NCBI GenBank assembly: GCA_964187785.1
Contig: OZ076409.1
Location: forward strand, 2,046,001-2,110,000
Length of the DNA: 64,000 nucleotides
Direction: 5' to 3'
From: Amphiscolops sp. MND2022
Taxonomy: Eukaryota
How positions within the stretch are numbered: the first letter of the stretch is position 1; the number at the start of each line of letters is the position of its first letter. A program made the translations under genes and the position numbers. The notes under the pieces are model-generated. The model did not search any database. It was given only the letters and a program-made list of their open reading frames with translations, and had not been told where the DNA came from. Below are positions 10,304 through 20,931 of the stretch, piece after piece.

Positions 10304-13216
10304 ATGGTGCCTGCCAGCGTTGCAACGATGCCACCACCTCAGATGGTCGCATTGCCCCCGCCAGCACCAAAACCAGTACCAATGACGCCAACTTATTCCG
10401 GTTCACCTGCCTTTGGGACCTCATACCGAGCGCCACACATGGTACTGCAAACCACTACTAGTGCACCAGTCTCTGATCGGGAGCCCTCGGGGTCCCGGTT
10501 GCCACCCATACTTAACCCAGAGCTGACTGGAAGGAGTACCAGCGAATATGCCGTAATTGTGGCATTACAAGCAGTGGCCAACTATCCGAACTCCTCCGAT
10601 TTTGTCCGTGCCGTAGAGCAGAGAATCCCTGGACTAGCCACTTATCTGCAAGCTGCTGTTCAGCCCTCGGGCTGTGACCCTCCTGCTCCTTTAGTCGAGA
10701 CAGCATCTATGGATGTAGAAATTGCTGCTGGACCAAGCAACAGCGCAAGCGCTGCTACTGGCACACGAGAAGAAACCGGGAGAAAGCGACTAACCAAAGA
10801 AACTGCCTCAGTCACCCCAGCTGGCTCAGTAACCGAGAGCCCGACTAGTCGTCTCCCTCCCGACAAGCGCGCTGATGTACCTCGACCCCAGCTGAAAAGT
10901 GTAGTCATCCCTAAGCCTCCGTACCGAGTGGGTCATCTAGGCCGAGGCGCGCCTGAGATGTCTCTAGCGGACGCAATCGAGCAGTATGGAGATCCGGATG
11001 CAGGTTCGGAAGTGAGCTCTGTGTCCTCGGGCATGAATCCAATAGATATGTCCCTGGAGATACCTGAGACGGTGGAGGAGGCCCGCCCTCCAGCCTTCCT
11101 CCCTCCATCTGATGACGTCTCTGGTTCAGTAGTCACAAATGATAGCAAAAGCATTTGGATGGCCGCTGAGCATCTCTACCCCAGTCAATGCGCTATAAAG
11201 AAAAGGGCCCCTCCCACTGAGACGGAGCAAAAGGAAATCAATCGAACCACAATACCGGCGCAGGTCACACGTTCGCTACGCCCCCGTGACGCAGAAATGT
11301 CGGAGCAGGCTTGGGAACAGCGTGCTCGAGAGCAGCTGCCCACGACAACTAACGATTACATGGCACCCCTGCAACATAACATCACCGAGCAATTCCCCGC
11401 ACGGTATGTGTTGCGAGAAGGTGAGACATGGGAAGCGAACGCCCGCTACGCCCGCAACTTGAGACCTCTGAAACCCTTATTGAAAGCAGCTTTGCAGCGC
11501 GCGCGCTACTGCATGGCAGTCGATTCTACCTGCCGGAGTGATCTGCCTATCGACAACTTGATGCCTGACGTGCTGGTACTGACTATGCCCCTGTCTCGCT
11601 TCGCTGAGATCGCTGAGATGGTTGGAGCCATATACGATCCGAACCTAAGAGGATCACAAAAGGAGCCACCCCCACAGCGCGTGATCTTTGCCAATCTTCT
11701 AGATCACATGGCTTGCGAAGGGTTGCTGCGTGATCTAGACGCCATAATGTCCGATGTCCGACGACCTGGAGACATCGCAGCCCTAGTTAATGAGGTTGTC
11801 GGTGCAATGGAACGTGCCGCAGGGATCCTTCGGGGTCGTTTGGGAGCGCTCGCGCTCTTTGTATCCCCACCAGGATTTATGTACTGGCCACGAAGTCTGC
11901 AGCAGTTCGTCTACATTCTGCTGGATGTATGCAAGGCGCGCAGAGTTGAATTCGCTATCTGTGCACCAAACCTGCGTGTAGACCGAGAGGACCTGCGCCC
12001 AGATACCTTATCGTATCCAGCCTTCTTTGCCGCCGTATCTAGAGCGCTCGTTGCTATAGAACGCTCGGGAAATGCCCAGCTAACTATTGACGACGCTATC
12101 CTCTATGATCATGGAATGCGGATGGGCAGAATGGCCTTCGACCTTGATGGCAACCGCATCGCCCGAGAGTCAAATGTGACCGAACGAGAGGCTGTTCGTC
12201 GTTACAATTGGCTAGTGCGAAAAGACAAAGAAATCCCAGTGCGTGCAGAGTTAGCCGAGCTGACAAAACAAATCGGTGCATGGCCTGCAGCGCGCACCGT
12301 TGAGAGGACAATCCCACAGATCCACTTCGCCTCAGGAATCGAGCCCGTGAAGCTGTCCGTAGGACTGCGGTGCATCGTGGCAATTGAAGCAACCAATCTG
12401 AAGGCCGAGGTCGACGCCGCAGCTACCACTTACGCCTATTGGTACCAAACTAGGTTTGCCACCAGGACTCAAGCAGAAGTAGCTCGAGAGCTCAATTGTC
12501 CATTGGAAGCCTTCTGTACAAGTCTTGGTCTGGGATGGAACCTTGAAGTGCTAACTTCCGAGTTTTCGCTGACCCCCACGCAAACGGACAAGCTACTAGA
12601 AACCATTGGAGAAGCAACTGTCGGAGAAATACTAGCGCTCGCGCTAGCGATGGGTCCAACGAAGTTTGTAGCCGGACCACTAGCCCTACTAGTCGACATG
12701 GTGATTGCCTGCGACCTCACCGTATTCTACAGCTACTTGGTCCTGGCACAAGGACAACTACGCAACCTGACCCGTTGGGGACACTTAATGACTTCAAAGG
12801 ACCAACCAGATTATTCCGCCCAACTGGAGCGCATGCGTGCGTCGATCCAACACTGGCTATATTCCACCCTGGTGTTTGCCTCCGGTCTGTTCGTGGGCGT
12901 AAACCAATCCCAGCCACTACACAACTCAGACCAGCAAATCCCACGAGAAACGGCAGGATTCTCCTTGCCGCAGCAGATCGCTGATCTCACCCTGGCTGAG
13001 GTAGAGGATTTCGTGGCAGCCATGGCTCCCGTCCTGGCCCCCATCTTTGGCGCAGTGGACGTGTGCCGATACCCTACCAAGCCGTTAGCAACAGCAGTCC
13101 CAGTACACATTTTCCAGGATGGATTGAAGGCGCTGCTCAGATCAGACAAAGAAATCTCCAATCCCGCGTTATCCCATTCCCCCGGAAGTCGGCATGGAAG
13201 CCTACAGGAAAGATGA
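10304..13216 (+). CDS. 970-aa env-position accessory protein: Pro/Ser-rich N-terminus and an SGNH/GDSL-fold-like central domain
   Basis: Long open frame. YCMAVDSTCR / VLVLTMPLSRFAEIAEMV / RVIFANLLDH / ALFVSPPG resemble SGNH blocks I-III. No signal peptide or furin site is evident. Confidence 0.6.
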   Translation: MVPASVATMPPPQMVALPPPAPKPVPMTPTYSGSPAFGTSYRAPHMVLQTTTSAPVSDREPSGSRLPPILNPELTGRSTSEYAVIVALQAVANYPNSSDFVRAVEQRIPGLATYLQAAVQPSGCDPPAPLVETASMDVEIAAGPSNSASAATGTREETGRKRLTKETASVTPAGSVTESPTSRLPPDKRADVPRPQLKSVVIPKPPYRVGHLGRGAPEMSLADAIEQYGDPDAGSEVSSVSSGMNPIDMSLEIPETVEEARPPAFLPPSDDVSGSVVTNDSKSIWMAAEHLYPSQCAIKKRAPPTETEQKEINRTTIPAQVTRSLRPRDAEMSEQAWEQRAREQLPTTTNDYMAPLQHNITEQFPARYVLREGETWEANARYARNLRPLKPLLKAALQRARYCMAVDSTCRSDLPIDNLMPDVLVLTMPLSRFAEIAEMVGAIYDPNLRGSQKEPPPQRVIFANLLDHMACEGLLRDLDAIMSDVRRPGDIAALVNEVVGAMERAAGILRGRLGALALFVSPPGFMYWPRSLQQFVYILLDVCKARRVEFAICAPNLRVDREDLRPDTLSYPAFFAAVSRALVAIERSGNAQLTIDDAILYDHGMRMGRMAFDLDGNRIARESNVTEREAVRRYNWLVRKDKEIPVRAELAELTKQIGAWPAARTVERTIPQIHFASGIEPVKLSVGLRCIVAIEATNLKAEVDAAATTYAYWYQTRFATRTQAEVARELNCPLEAFCTSLGLGWNLEVLTSEFSLTPTQTDKLLETIGEATVGEILALALAMGPTKFVAGPLALLVDMVIACDLTVFYSYLVLAQGQLRNLTRWGHLMTSKDQPDYSAQLERMRASIQHWLYSTLVFASGLFVGVNQSQPLHNSDQQIPRETAGFSLPQQIADLTLAEVEDFVAAMAPVLAPIFGAVDVCRYPTKPLATAVPVHIFQDGLKALLRSDKEISNPALSHSPGSRHGSLQER

Positions 13217-13251
13217 CCATGTCTGGAGTTGGAGATTGCTAACTTCCCTAA

Positions 13252-13710
13252 ATGGAAGAGAGCTTGCGAGCTCTGGAGCCAACCTGGGTGGATCTCACGC
13301 CGAGTCGCATTAGCCGTAGAAGGCAGAGCAGAAATAGCGAGACAACAGGCGTTCGCTCTACCATGCTCGGGCCAACGATGGTGATGTCTTTGGATCGACC
13401 CATCTCTCAACCGATCACCATTAACCTTCCAACCCACAACTTGGAGCCAGAACCAGTTGGCCCGTCTTCGTTACGAACTAGTCCTCAGTCCTTGCAGCAG
13501 CAGTCAGGAGAGCACGCAGCTGAGTTGACTCCCAATGCAGCACTAGTGCAGCCCATTGCCGAGTTGTCGCTCCCCGAAGATCTGTCGGACTCTGAAACGG
13601 TTGCCACAGAAGTCTCTCCCCGACGTCGAGCGTCAGTGTCGACTGATAACCCAGAACAGACTCCAGATGATACCACTAAAGAGCGGACCCGACGCAGTTC
13701 GGCTCAATAA
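13252..13710 (+). CDS. Low-complexity Ser/Thr/Pro/Glu-rich ORF, possibly the frameshifted tail of the accessory gene
   Basis: 152-aa open frame in GC-rich sequence that becomes AT-rich after the stop. Confidence 0.35.
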   Translation: MEESLRALEPTWVDLTPSRISRRRQSRNSETTGVRSTMLGPTMVMSLDRPISQPITINLPTHNLEPEPVGPSSLRTSPQSLQQQSGEHAAELTPNAALVQPIAELSLPEDLSDSETVATEVSPRRRASVSTDNPEQTPDDTTKERTRRSSAQ

Positions 13711-14391
13711 ACCCAGCCGCTAACGGGAGCGTTCGCGCTCCCTATACACTCGAAAACAGTGCCTTAAAACTTCTCATCCAGAACGGTGCTACAATACGAA
13801 GTGCAATTTTTGTTCATAGTTATGGTTATATGATTAGTGTACCATTAGTGTTGCACTGGGTGTACGGCCAATAGAGTACGCCTGCCCCAGTGGCTTGAAC
13901 TACCAAGCAGAAAGAAAAGAAAAACTATTATTCAAAAAACTGCTATTTTTGTTGCGCACCGTTCGCGGTGTTTTTGAGTTGTCACAATCAAAAGAAGTTT
14001 TATCCCTCTTGATTGCATTTTTCTTTCTAGTCTAGTGTTCTTCATCAATTTGGTTGTTCACCTTAAGAGCCCGCAAGCTCTGGAAAAAGTTTTTAACCGC
14101 CAGAAGTGAATTGAAGACTACAAATGTCAAATGGTAAGAAAAAGAAATTTTAGCCGACTTTGGTCGCAAAAAAATTTTTACGTAAGTTGGCTGCCCAAAC
14201 GAGTTTTAACCGGCTGAAAACTTTAGCTCTCGAGCTGGAGCTAAAACCTCGTTCGTGTTTTGTACAAATAGCTAGGCAGTAAATTTTTTTTTCTCGAAAA
14301 AACTGCATTAACTGACCAAAATTGTTGCCGAAAAACAAGAACTCGTCCTTGTTCCCCGATGTGTGGATGATGGCTCCCAGCAGTCACTCTG

Positions 14392-14763
14392 ATGCAGTTT
14401 CCAGACGAGCCAGACGCCGCTTGCCAGGGACGACAAGCCAGGAGCCTGGGGAGTGATGTAACTGCAAGCTCTGGTACAGCAATATCAACCGACATGTTTA
14501 GAAATTTTGTCAAAAATTCGTTCAAATTTGACGTGGCACTCAAACATGCTCAAGACGAAGTACATGCCAGAAAAAGCACCCCAGAAAAACAGAAATCGCC
14601 GCTCGCGACGAACAAGCACCGGAGACGACTAAAAAGACGTCCCCAACGCATACAGAACACGGTATTGTGTCTATCTCTGGGAGATATCCATTACTACAGT
14701 AGAGAAAACCAGTGTTCCAGATGTTCGCCTGAGTATCCCTGCGGTATCCTGTGTGGCAACTAG
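14392..14763 (+). CDS. Small basic ORF with C-terminal Cys cluster running into the 3' LTR
   Basis: 123 aa; KHRRRLKRR; HYY...CSRC...C...C. The stop lies within the first 12 nt of the candidate LTR. Confidence 0.35.
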   Translation: MQFPDEPDAACQGRQARSLGSDVTASSGTAISTDMFRNFVKNSFKFDVALKHAQDEVHARKSTPEKQKSPLATNKHRRRLKRRPQRIQNTVLCLSLGDIHYYSRENQCSRCSPEYPCGILCGN

Positions 14764-15184
14764 CGCTAGCGCTGGGAAGCTGAGGTCAATTTCTATCAAA
14801 TGACTCTGAACTCTTGATTTCTTGTTGTATTCTTCGATGTGATAAATTAATGTGCTCGAGAGCTGTTATTTAACATCTGTTTATCCAATTTGGCGATTTT
14901 ATCAGATTCTCCAATATTACGGTTCAACCTTCATCGATTTTCAGGACGATTTTTAAAGGCTAGTTGAGCAGTGGTCTTGAGTCTTGCAAGATGCCTGTTA
15001 CTTTTAGCAGTTACAGACTAGGACCAGGCCAGAAAGCGTCCTACAAGACGGTTCCCCCACCTTGGGACTGGCTCCTTCGGAGGAAAATGAGCTAGAGTCG
15101 CGGAGATCTAGGTCCCAGATTATATTCGCTGTTCTAGTTCCTCCACTCTACGTTGCGGTTCAAGCGCCAGCGCTTATCGTTACA
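14752..15184 (+). repeat. Candidate 3' LTR of element A (433 bp)
   Basis: TG...CA ends with ~24-bp imperfect inverted termini: tgtggcaactagcgctagcgctgg versus the reverse complement of the end, tgtaacgataagcgctggcgcttg. No partner LTR lies in the window. Confidence 0.6.
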
Positions 15185-15999
15185 AAACCACCCTTTAGTC
15201 AACTTTTAAAAACGTTCGAATTCCAAGAATAAATAAACAGGGTAAATTTTCATTTCCAGGGTGAGATCGGAATAATATCTAAAACAGCAATAACTAGGTC
15301 TCGGGCTACCAATTACAGCTGATAACAGCGAAAATACATCAAATCTCACAAAGAAATGCCAGTCCACATAGCTACAAGATGGGGCGCAAAGGCTCTAAGT
15401 ACCAAATATGGATGAGTAGGCGAAAAAACTCATTTTCCGGTTCTCGATACTTAGAGTAGCCTAATGGTGAAAATCAAATGAAACCAGGTGTTAGCACGAA
15501 AAAAAAGATCTCCTCTGAGCTCTCCAACTGTTTCGTTCTCCGTGTTGCCGCTCGGTCTGCTCTCGTCCGCGTTTTGCATTGGAAATGACGGAAACAGCTA
15601 AAAGAGCAATCACATACTCAGTGCCACGACACTCATCCAGTTGTAAATTTTCACAAAACTTTCTCGACATGTCAGTTTCCAAAATTGATTGACTTTGCTG
15701 TACCAGATTGTGGGTGCCGTTACAGTTTTTTGGGAGTCGACGCACCTTTTGGATATCCAGAACGACCTCAAACATCCTTTTCCATAATGAAGACTCAATT
15801 CTTCTTCTCCGCAATTTGTCTGCGTCCATTTTGAATAACATATTAAACAACTACAAGCGAAACTGATCAATTCCTAGGTTAAATCTTAAGTGTAAACTCT
15901 TAGTGAAAACAAAACAACTAGGAAAGCTCGAGTTGAAAAATAGGATAATTGTTCAGTTGATGGCTTTTTTCAATGCTGCGTTTTCAGAGCAAGCAGTAA

Positions 16000-18900
16000 A
16001 AAAGTGTCAGCGAGCGATTAAGCACTAACTAAAACAAGATGGAAAGCCAAATTCAAAAGCTCAATGTGCAATAGTTGAAACGAGAGAGATATGTATTGGC
16101 AATGAAATAATTGAAGGCTGCTCTCCGGTGGTAGAACAATTTCTCGTTGAAGCTTTCAAGAAGTGCCTCAGGAAGGGAGCGTTTCTAGGATGCCATAATT
16201 GTTTTAAAACTTTACGTTTTACAGAAAACTGAATTCAGTGATCCCGACACCTACCTTCCATTGTGTCCACTTAGTTCATTGAGAAAGATTTTCGAAAAGC
16301 TGTTATACAATCGGATAGTTGAATGTTCTGATTAAAACTATCTTTATCTTCAGTGCAGCTCGGCTTTGGTTCTAATCATTCATACGAGATGCAATCGACA
16401 AACAAAATGCGGGTCATGATTGTTTTGTTTTGATGTTAACTTTTGTTTGAAGTTCTTAGACCATTCTCAGTTCCTGAACAAACTATTTTGTTTTAATTTC
16501 TTGGACCATTCTCAGTTCCTGAACAAACTATTTTGTTTTAATTTCTTGGACCATTCTCAGTTCCTGAACAAACTATTTTGTTTTAATTTCTTGGACCATT
16601 CTCAGTTCCTGAACAAACTATTTTGTTTTAATTTCTTGGACCATTCTCAGTTCCTGAACAAACTATTTTGTTTTAATTTCTTGGACCATTCTCAGTTCCT
16701 GAACAAACTATTTTGTTTTAATTTCTTGGACCATTCTCAGTTCCTGAACAAACTATTTTGTTTTAATTTCTTGGACCATTCTCAGTTCCTGAACAAACTA
16801 TTTTGTTTTAATTTCTTGGACCATTCTCAATTCCTGAACAAACTATTTTGTTTTAATTTCTTGGACCATTCTCAGTTCCTGAACAAACTATTTTGTTTTA
16901 ATTTCTTGGACCATTCTCAGTTCCTGAACAAACTATTTTGTTTTAATTTCTTGGACCATTCTCAGTTCCTGAACAAACTATTTTGTTTTAATTTCTTGGA
17001 CCATTCTCAGTTCCTGAACAAACTATTTTGTTTTAATTTCTTGGACCATTCTCAGTTCCTGAACAAACTATTTTGTTTTAATTTCTTGGACCATTCTCAG
17101 TTCCTGAACAAACTATTTTGTTTTAATTTCTTGGACCATTCTCAGTTCCTGAACAAACTATTTTGTTTTAATTTCTTGGACCATTCTCAGTTCCTGAACA
17201 AACTATTTTGTTTTAATTTCTTGGACCATTCTCAGTTCCTGAACAAACTATTTTGTTTTAATTTCTTGGACCATTCTCAGTTCCTGAACAAACTATTTTG
17301 TTTTAATTTCTTGGACCATTCTCAGTTCCTGAACAAACTATTTTGTTTTAATTTCTTGGACCATTCTCAGTTCCTGAACAAACTATTTTGTTTTAATTTC
17401 TTGGACCATTCTCAGTTCCTGAACAAACTATTTTGTTTTAATTTCTTGGACCATTCTCAGTTCCTGAACAAACTATTTTGTTTTAATTTCTTGGACCATT
17501 CTCAGTTCCTGAACAAACTATTTTGTTTTAATTTCTTGGACCATTCTCAGTTCCTGAACAAACTATTTTGTTTTAATTTCTTGGACCATTCTCAGTTCCT
17601 GAACAAACTATTTTGTTTTAATTTCTTGGACCATTCTCAGTTCCTGAACAAACTATTTTGTTTTAATTTCTTGGACCATTCTCAGTTCCTGAACAAACTA
17701 TTTTGTTTTAATTTCTTGGACCATTCTCAGTTCCTGAACAAACTATTTTGTTTTAATTTCTTGGACCATTCTCAGTTCCTGAACAAACTATTTTGTTTTA
17801 ATTTCTTGGACCATTCTCAGTTCCTGAACAAACTATTTTGTTTTAATTTCTTGGACCATTCTCAGTTCCTGAACAAACTATTTTGTTTTAATTTCTTGGA
17901 CCATTCTCAGTTCCTGAACAAACTATTTTGTTTTAATTTCTTGGACCATTCTCAGTTCCTGAACAAACTATTTTGTTTTAATTTCTTGGACCATTCTCAG
18001 TTCCTGAACAAACTATTTTGTTTTAATTTCTTGGACCATTCTCAGTTCCTGAACAAACTATTTTGTTTTAATTTCTTGGACCATTTCCAGTTCCTGAACA
18101 AACTATTTTGTTTTAGTTTCTTGGACCATTCTCAGTTCCTGAACAAACTATTTTGTTTTAATTTCTTGGACCATTCTCAGTTCCTGAACAAACTATTTTG
18201 TTTTAATTTCTTGGACCATTCTCAGTTCCTGAACAAACTATTTTGTTTTAATTTCTTGGACCATTCTCAGTTCCTGAAGAAACTATTTTGTTTTAATTTC
18301 TTGGACCATTCTCAGTTCCTGAACAAACTATTTTGTTTTAATTTCTTGGACCATTCTCAGTTCCTGAACAAACTATTTTGTTTTAATTTCTTGGACCATT
18401 CTCAGTTCCTGAACAAACTATTTTGTTTTAATTTCTTGGACCATTCTCAGTTCCTGAACAAACTATTTTGTTTTAATTTCTTGGACCATTCTCAGTTCCT
18501 GAACAAACTATTTTGTTTTAATTTCTTGGACCATTCTCAGTTCCTGAACAAACTATTTTGTTTTAATTTCTTGGACCATTCTCAGTTCCTGAACAAACTA
18601 TTTTGTTTTAATTTCTTGGACCATTCTCAGTTCCTGAACAAACTATTTTGTTTTAATTTCTTGGACCATTCTCAGTTCCTGAACAAACTATTTTGTTTTA
18701 ATTTCTTGGACCATTCTCAGTTCCTGAACAAACTATTTTGTTTTAATTTCTTGGACCATTCTCAGTTCCTGAACAAACTATTTTGTTTTAATTTCTTGGA
18801 CCATTCTCAGTTCCTGAACAAACTATTTTGTTTTAATTTCTTGGACCATTCTCAGTTCCTGAACAAACTATTTTCTTTTAATTTCTTGGACCATTCTCAG

Positions 18901-20931
18901 TTCCTGAACAAACTATTTTGTTTTAATTTCTTGGACCATTCTCAGTTCCTGAACAAACTATTTTGTTTTAATTTCTTGGACCATTCTCAGTTCCTGAACA
19001 AACTATTTTGTTTTAATTTCTTGGACCATTCTCAGTTCCTGAACAAACTATTTTGTTTTAATTTCTTGGACCATTCTCAGTTCCTGAACAAACTATTTTG
19101 TTTTAATTTCTTGGACCATTCTCAGTTCCTGAACAAACTATTTTGTTTTAATTTCTTGGACCATTCTCAGTTCCTGAACAAACTATTTTGTTTTAATTTC
19201 TTGGACCATTCTCAGTTCCTGAACAAACTATTTTGTTTTAATTTCTTGGACCATTCTCAGTTCCTGAACAAACTATTTTGTTTTAATTTCTTGGACCATT
19301 CTCAGTTCCTGAACAAACTATTTTGTTTTAATTTCTTGGACCATTCTCAGTTCCTGAACAAACTATTTTGTTTTAATTTCTTGGACCATTCTCAGTTCCT
19401 GAACAAACTATTTTGTTTTAATTTCTTGGACCATTCTCAGTTCCTGAACAAACTATTTTGTTTTAATTTCTTGGACCATTCTCAGTTCCTGAACAAACTA
19501 TTTTGTTTTAATTTCTTGGACCATTCTCAGTTCCTGAACAAACTATTTTGTTTTAATTTCTTGGACCATTCTCAGTTCCTGAACAAACTATTTTGTTTTA
19601 ATTTCTTGGACCATTCTCAGTTCCTGAACAAACTATTTTGTTTTAATTTCTTGGACCATTCTCAGTTCCTGAACAAACTATTTTGTTTTAATTTCTTGGA
19701 CCATTCTCAGTTCCTGAACAAACTATTTTGTTTTAATTTCTTGGACCATTCTCAGTTCCTGAACAAACTATTTTGTTTTAATTTCTTGGACCATTCTCAG
19801 TTCCTGAACAAACTATTTTGTTTTAATTTCTTGGACCATTCTCAGTTCCTGAACAAACTATTTTGTTTTAATTTCTTGGACCATTCTCAGTTCCTGAACA
19901 AACTATTTTGTTTTAATTTCTTGGACCATTCTCAGTTCCTGAACAAACTATTTTGTTTTAATTTCTTGGACCATTCTCAGTTCCTGAACAAACTATTTTG
20001 TTTTAATTTCTTGGACCATTCTCAGTTCCTGAACAAACTATTTTGTTTTAATTTCTTGGACCATTCTCAGTTCCTGAACAAACTATTTTGTTTTAATTTC
20101 TTGGACCATTCTCAGTTCCTGAACAAACTATTTTGTTTTAATTTCTTGGACCATTCTCAGTTCCTGAACAAACTATTTTGTTTTAATTTCTTGGACCATT
20201 CTCAGTTCCTGAACAAACTATTTTGTTTTAATTTCTTGGACCATTCTCAGTTCCTGAACAAACTATTTTGTTTTAATTTCTTGGACCATTCTCAGTTCCT
20301 GAACAAACTATTTTGTTTTAATTTCTTGGACCATTCTCAGTTCCTGAACAAACTATTTTGTTTTAATTTCTTGGACCATTCTCAGTTCCTGAACAAACTA
20401 TTTTGTTTTATTTTCTTGGACCATTCTCAGTTCCTGAACAAACTGTTTTGTTTTAATTTCTTGGACCATTCTCAGTTCCTGAACAAACTATTTTGTTTTA
20501 ATTTCTTGGACCATTCTCAGTTCCTGAACAAACTATTTTGTTTTAATTTCTTGGACCATTCTCAGTTCCTGAACAAACTTCACATTTACGAGGAGCTGGT
20601 TTTATTCAGTTAATGTATCATCTAACCGAAACAACGCAATTTGTATTCGAAAAAAGAAAAGATCACAAAAAAACTTCTTGTTAGCATCGGCGTACCTGAA
20701 GATTCCATTTTCAGGACGTTCACATTTCTCAACCTATGTCCATTATATAAAGTATAGGCGATTTAAAATGATATAGATGATATGACAACTTGTCTTGTTT
20801 GCAACAAACTGGCCGTCACCTCTTCAAAAGTAAAACTTTTTCTTTTGGGCCGAAACCCCCCAGGGTTAGTTGAAAAAAGTGATCTCAACATTCCTGATAA
20901 ACAACACAAGTTCTTAGTGTTTTTTTGACAC
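16000..20931 (+). mobile_element. Highly decayed CR1/L2-type LINE RT relic, interrupted by the satellite and by element B; resumes at 37207
   Basis: Remnants KIFEKLLYNRI (~16285), a Q.GF.SNHS-like stretch (~16355), LDHSQ.LNKL and a GVP(Q)GSI.G-like stretch (~20690). The start coordinate is approximate. Confidence 0.65.
16441..20580. repeat. 45-bp tandem satellite, 92 copies
   Basis: Unit ttttgttttaatttcttggaccattctcagttcctgaacaaacta; 4140 bp / 45 = 92 copies. Only a few single-base variants. Confidence 0.99.

Larger units (their letters stand above)
1915..12807 (+). repeat. Three head-to-tail copies of a ~3.8 kb internal segment (1915-5710, 5711-8977, 8978-12807)
   Basis: Near-identical DNA and ORFs. 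The same chimeric junction gaccaac/cgaaattccg occurs at 5711 and 8978. Copy 2 lacks ~553 bp at ~7329; copy 1 has 29-bp and 4-bp deletions. Confidence 0.97.
1..15184 (+). mobile_element. 3' portion of Gypsy/Ty3 LTR retrotransposon (element A), disrupted, with internal tandem triplication
   Basis: Integrase C-terminal motifs (KYD...YQPGELVWV...KL...WRGPHKVV...VHFERLKP) at the window start, then accessory ORFs and a candidate 3' LTR at 14752-15184. The 5' part lies outside the window. Confidence 0.8.

Noticed and set aside
210..13676. Many short minus-strand ORFs in element A
   Set aside because: They are shadows of GC-rich sense coding sequence and recur only because of the triplication.
16441..20580. 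CRISPR-like array
   Set aside because: The units are contiguous with no unique spacers, there are no cas genes, and the context is eukaryotic.
16420..20613. 1397-aa repetitive ORF
   Set aside because: It results from a stop-free 45-bp unit. It starts at a non-ATG codon and lies within a decayed LINE, with no evidence of a real gene.
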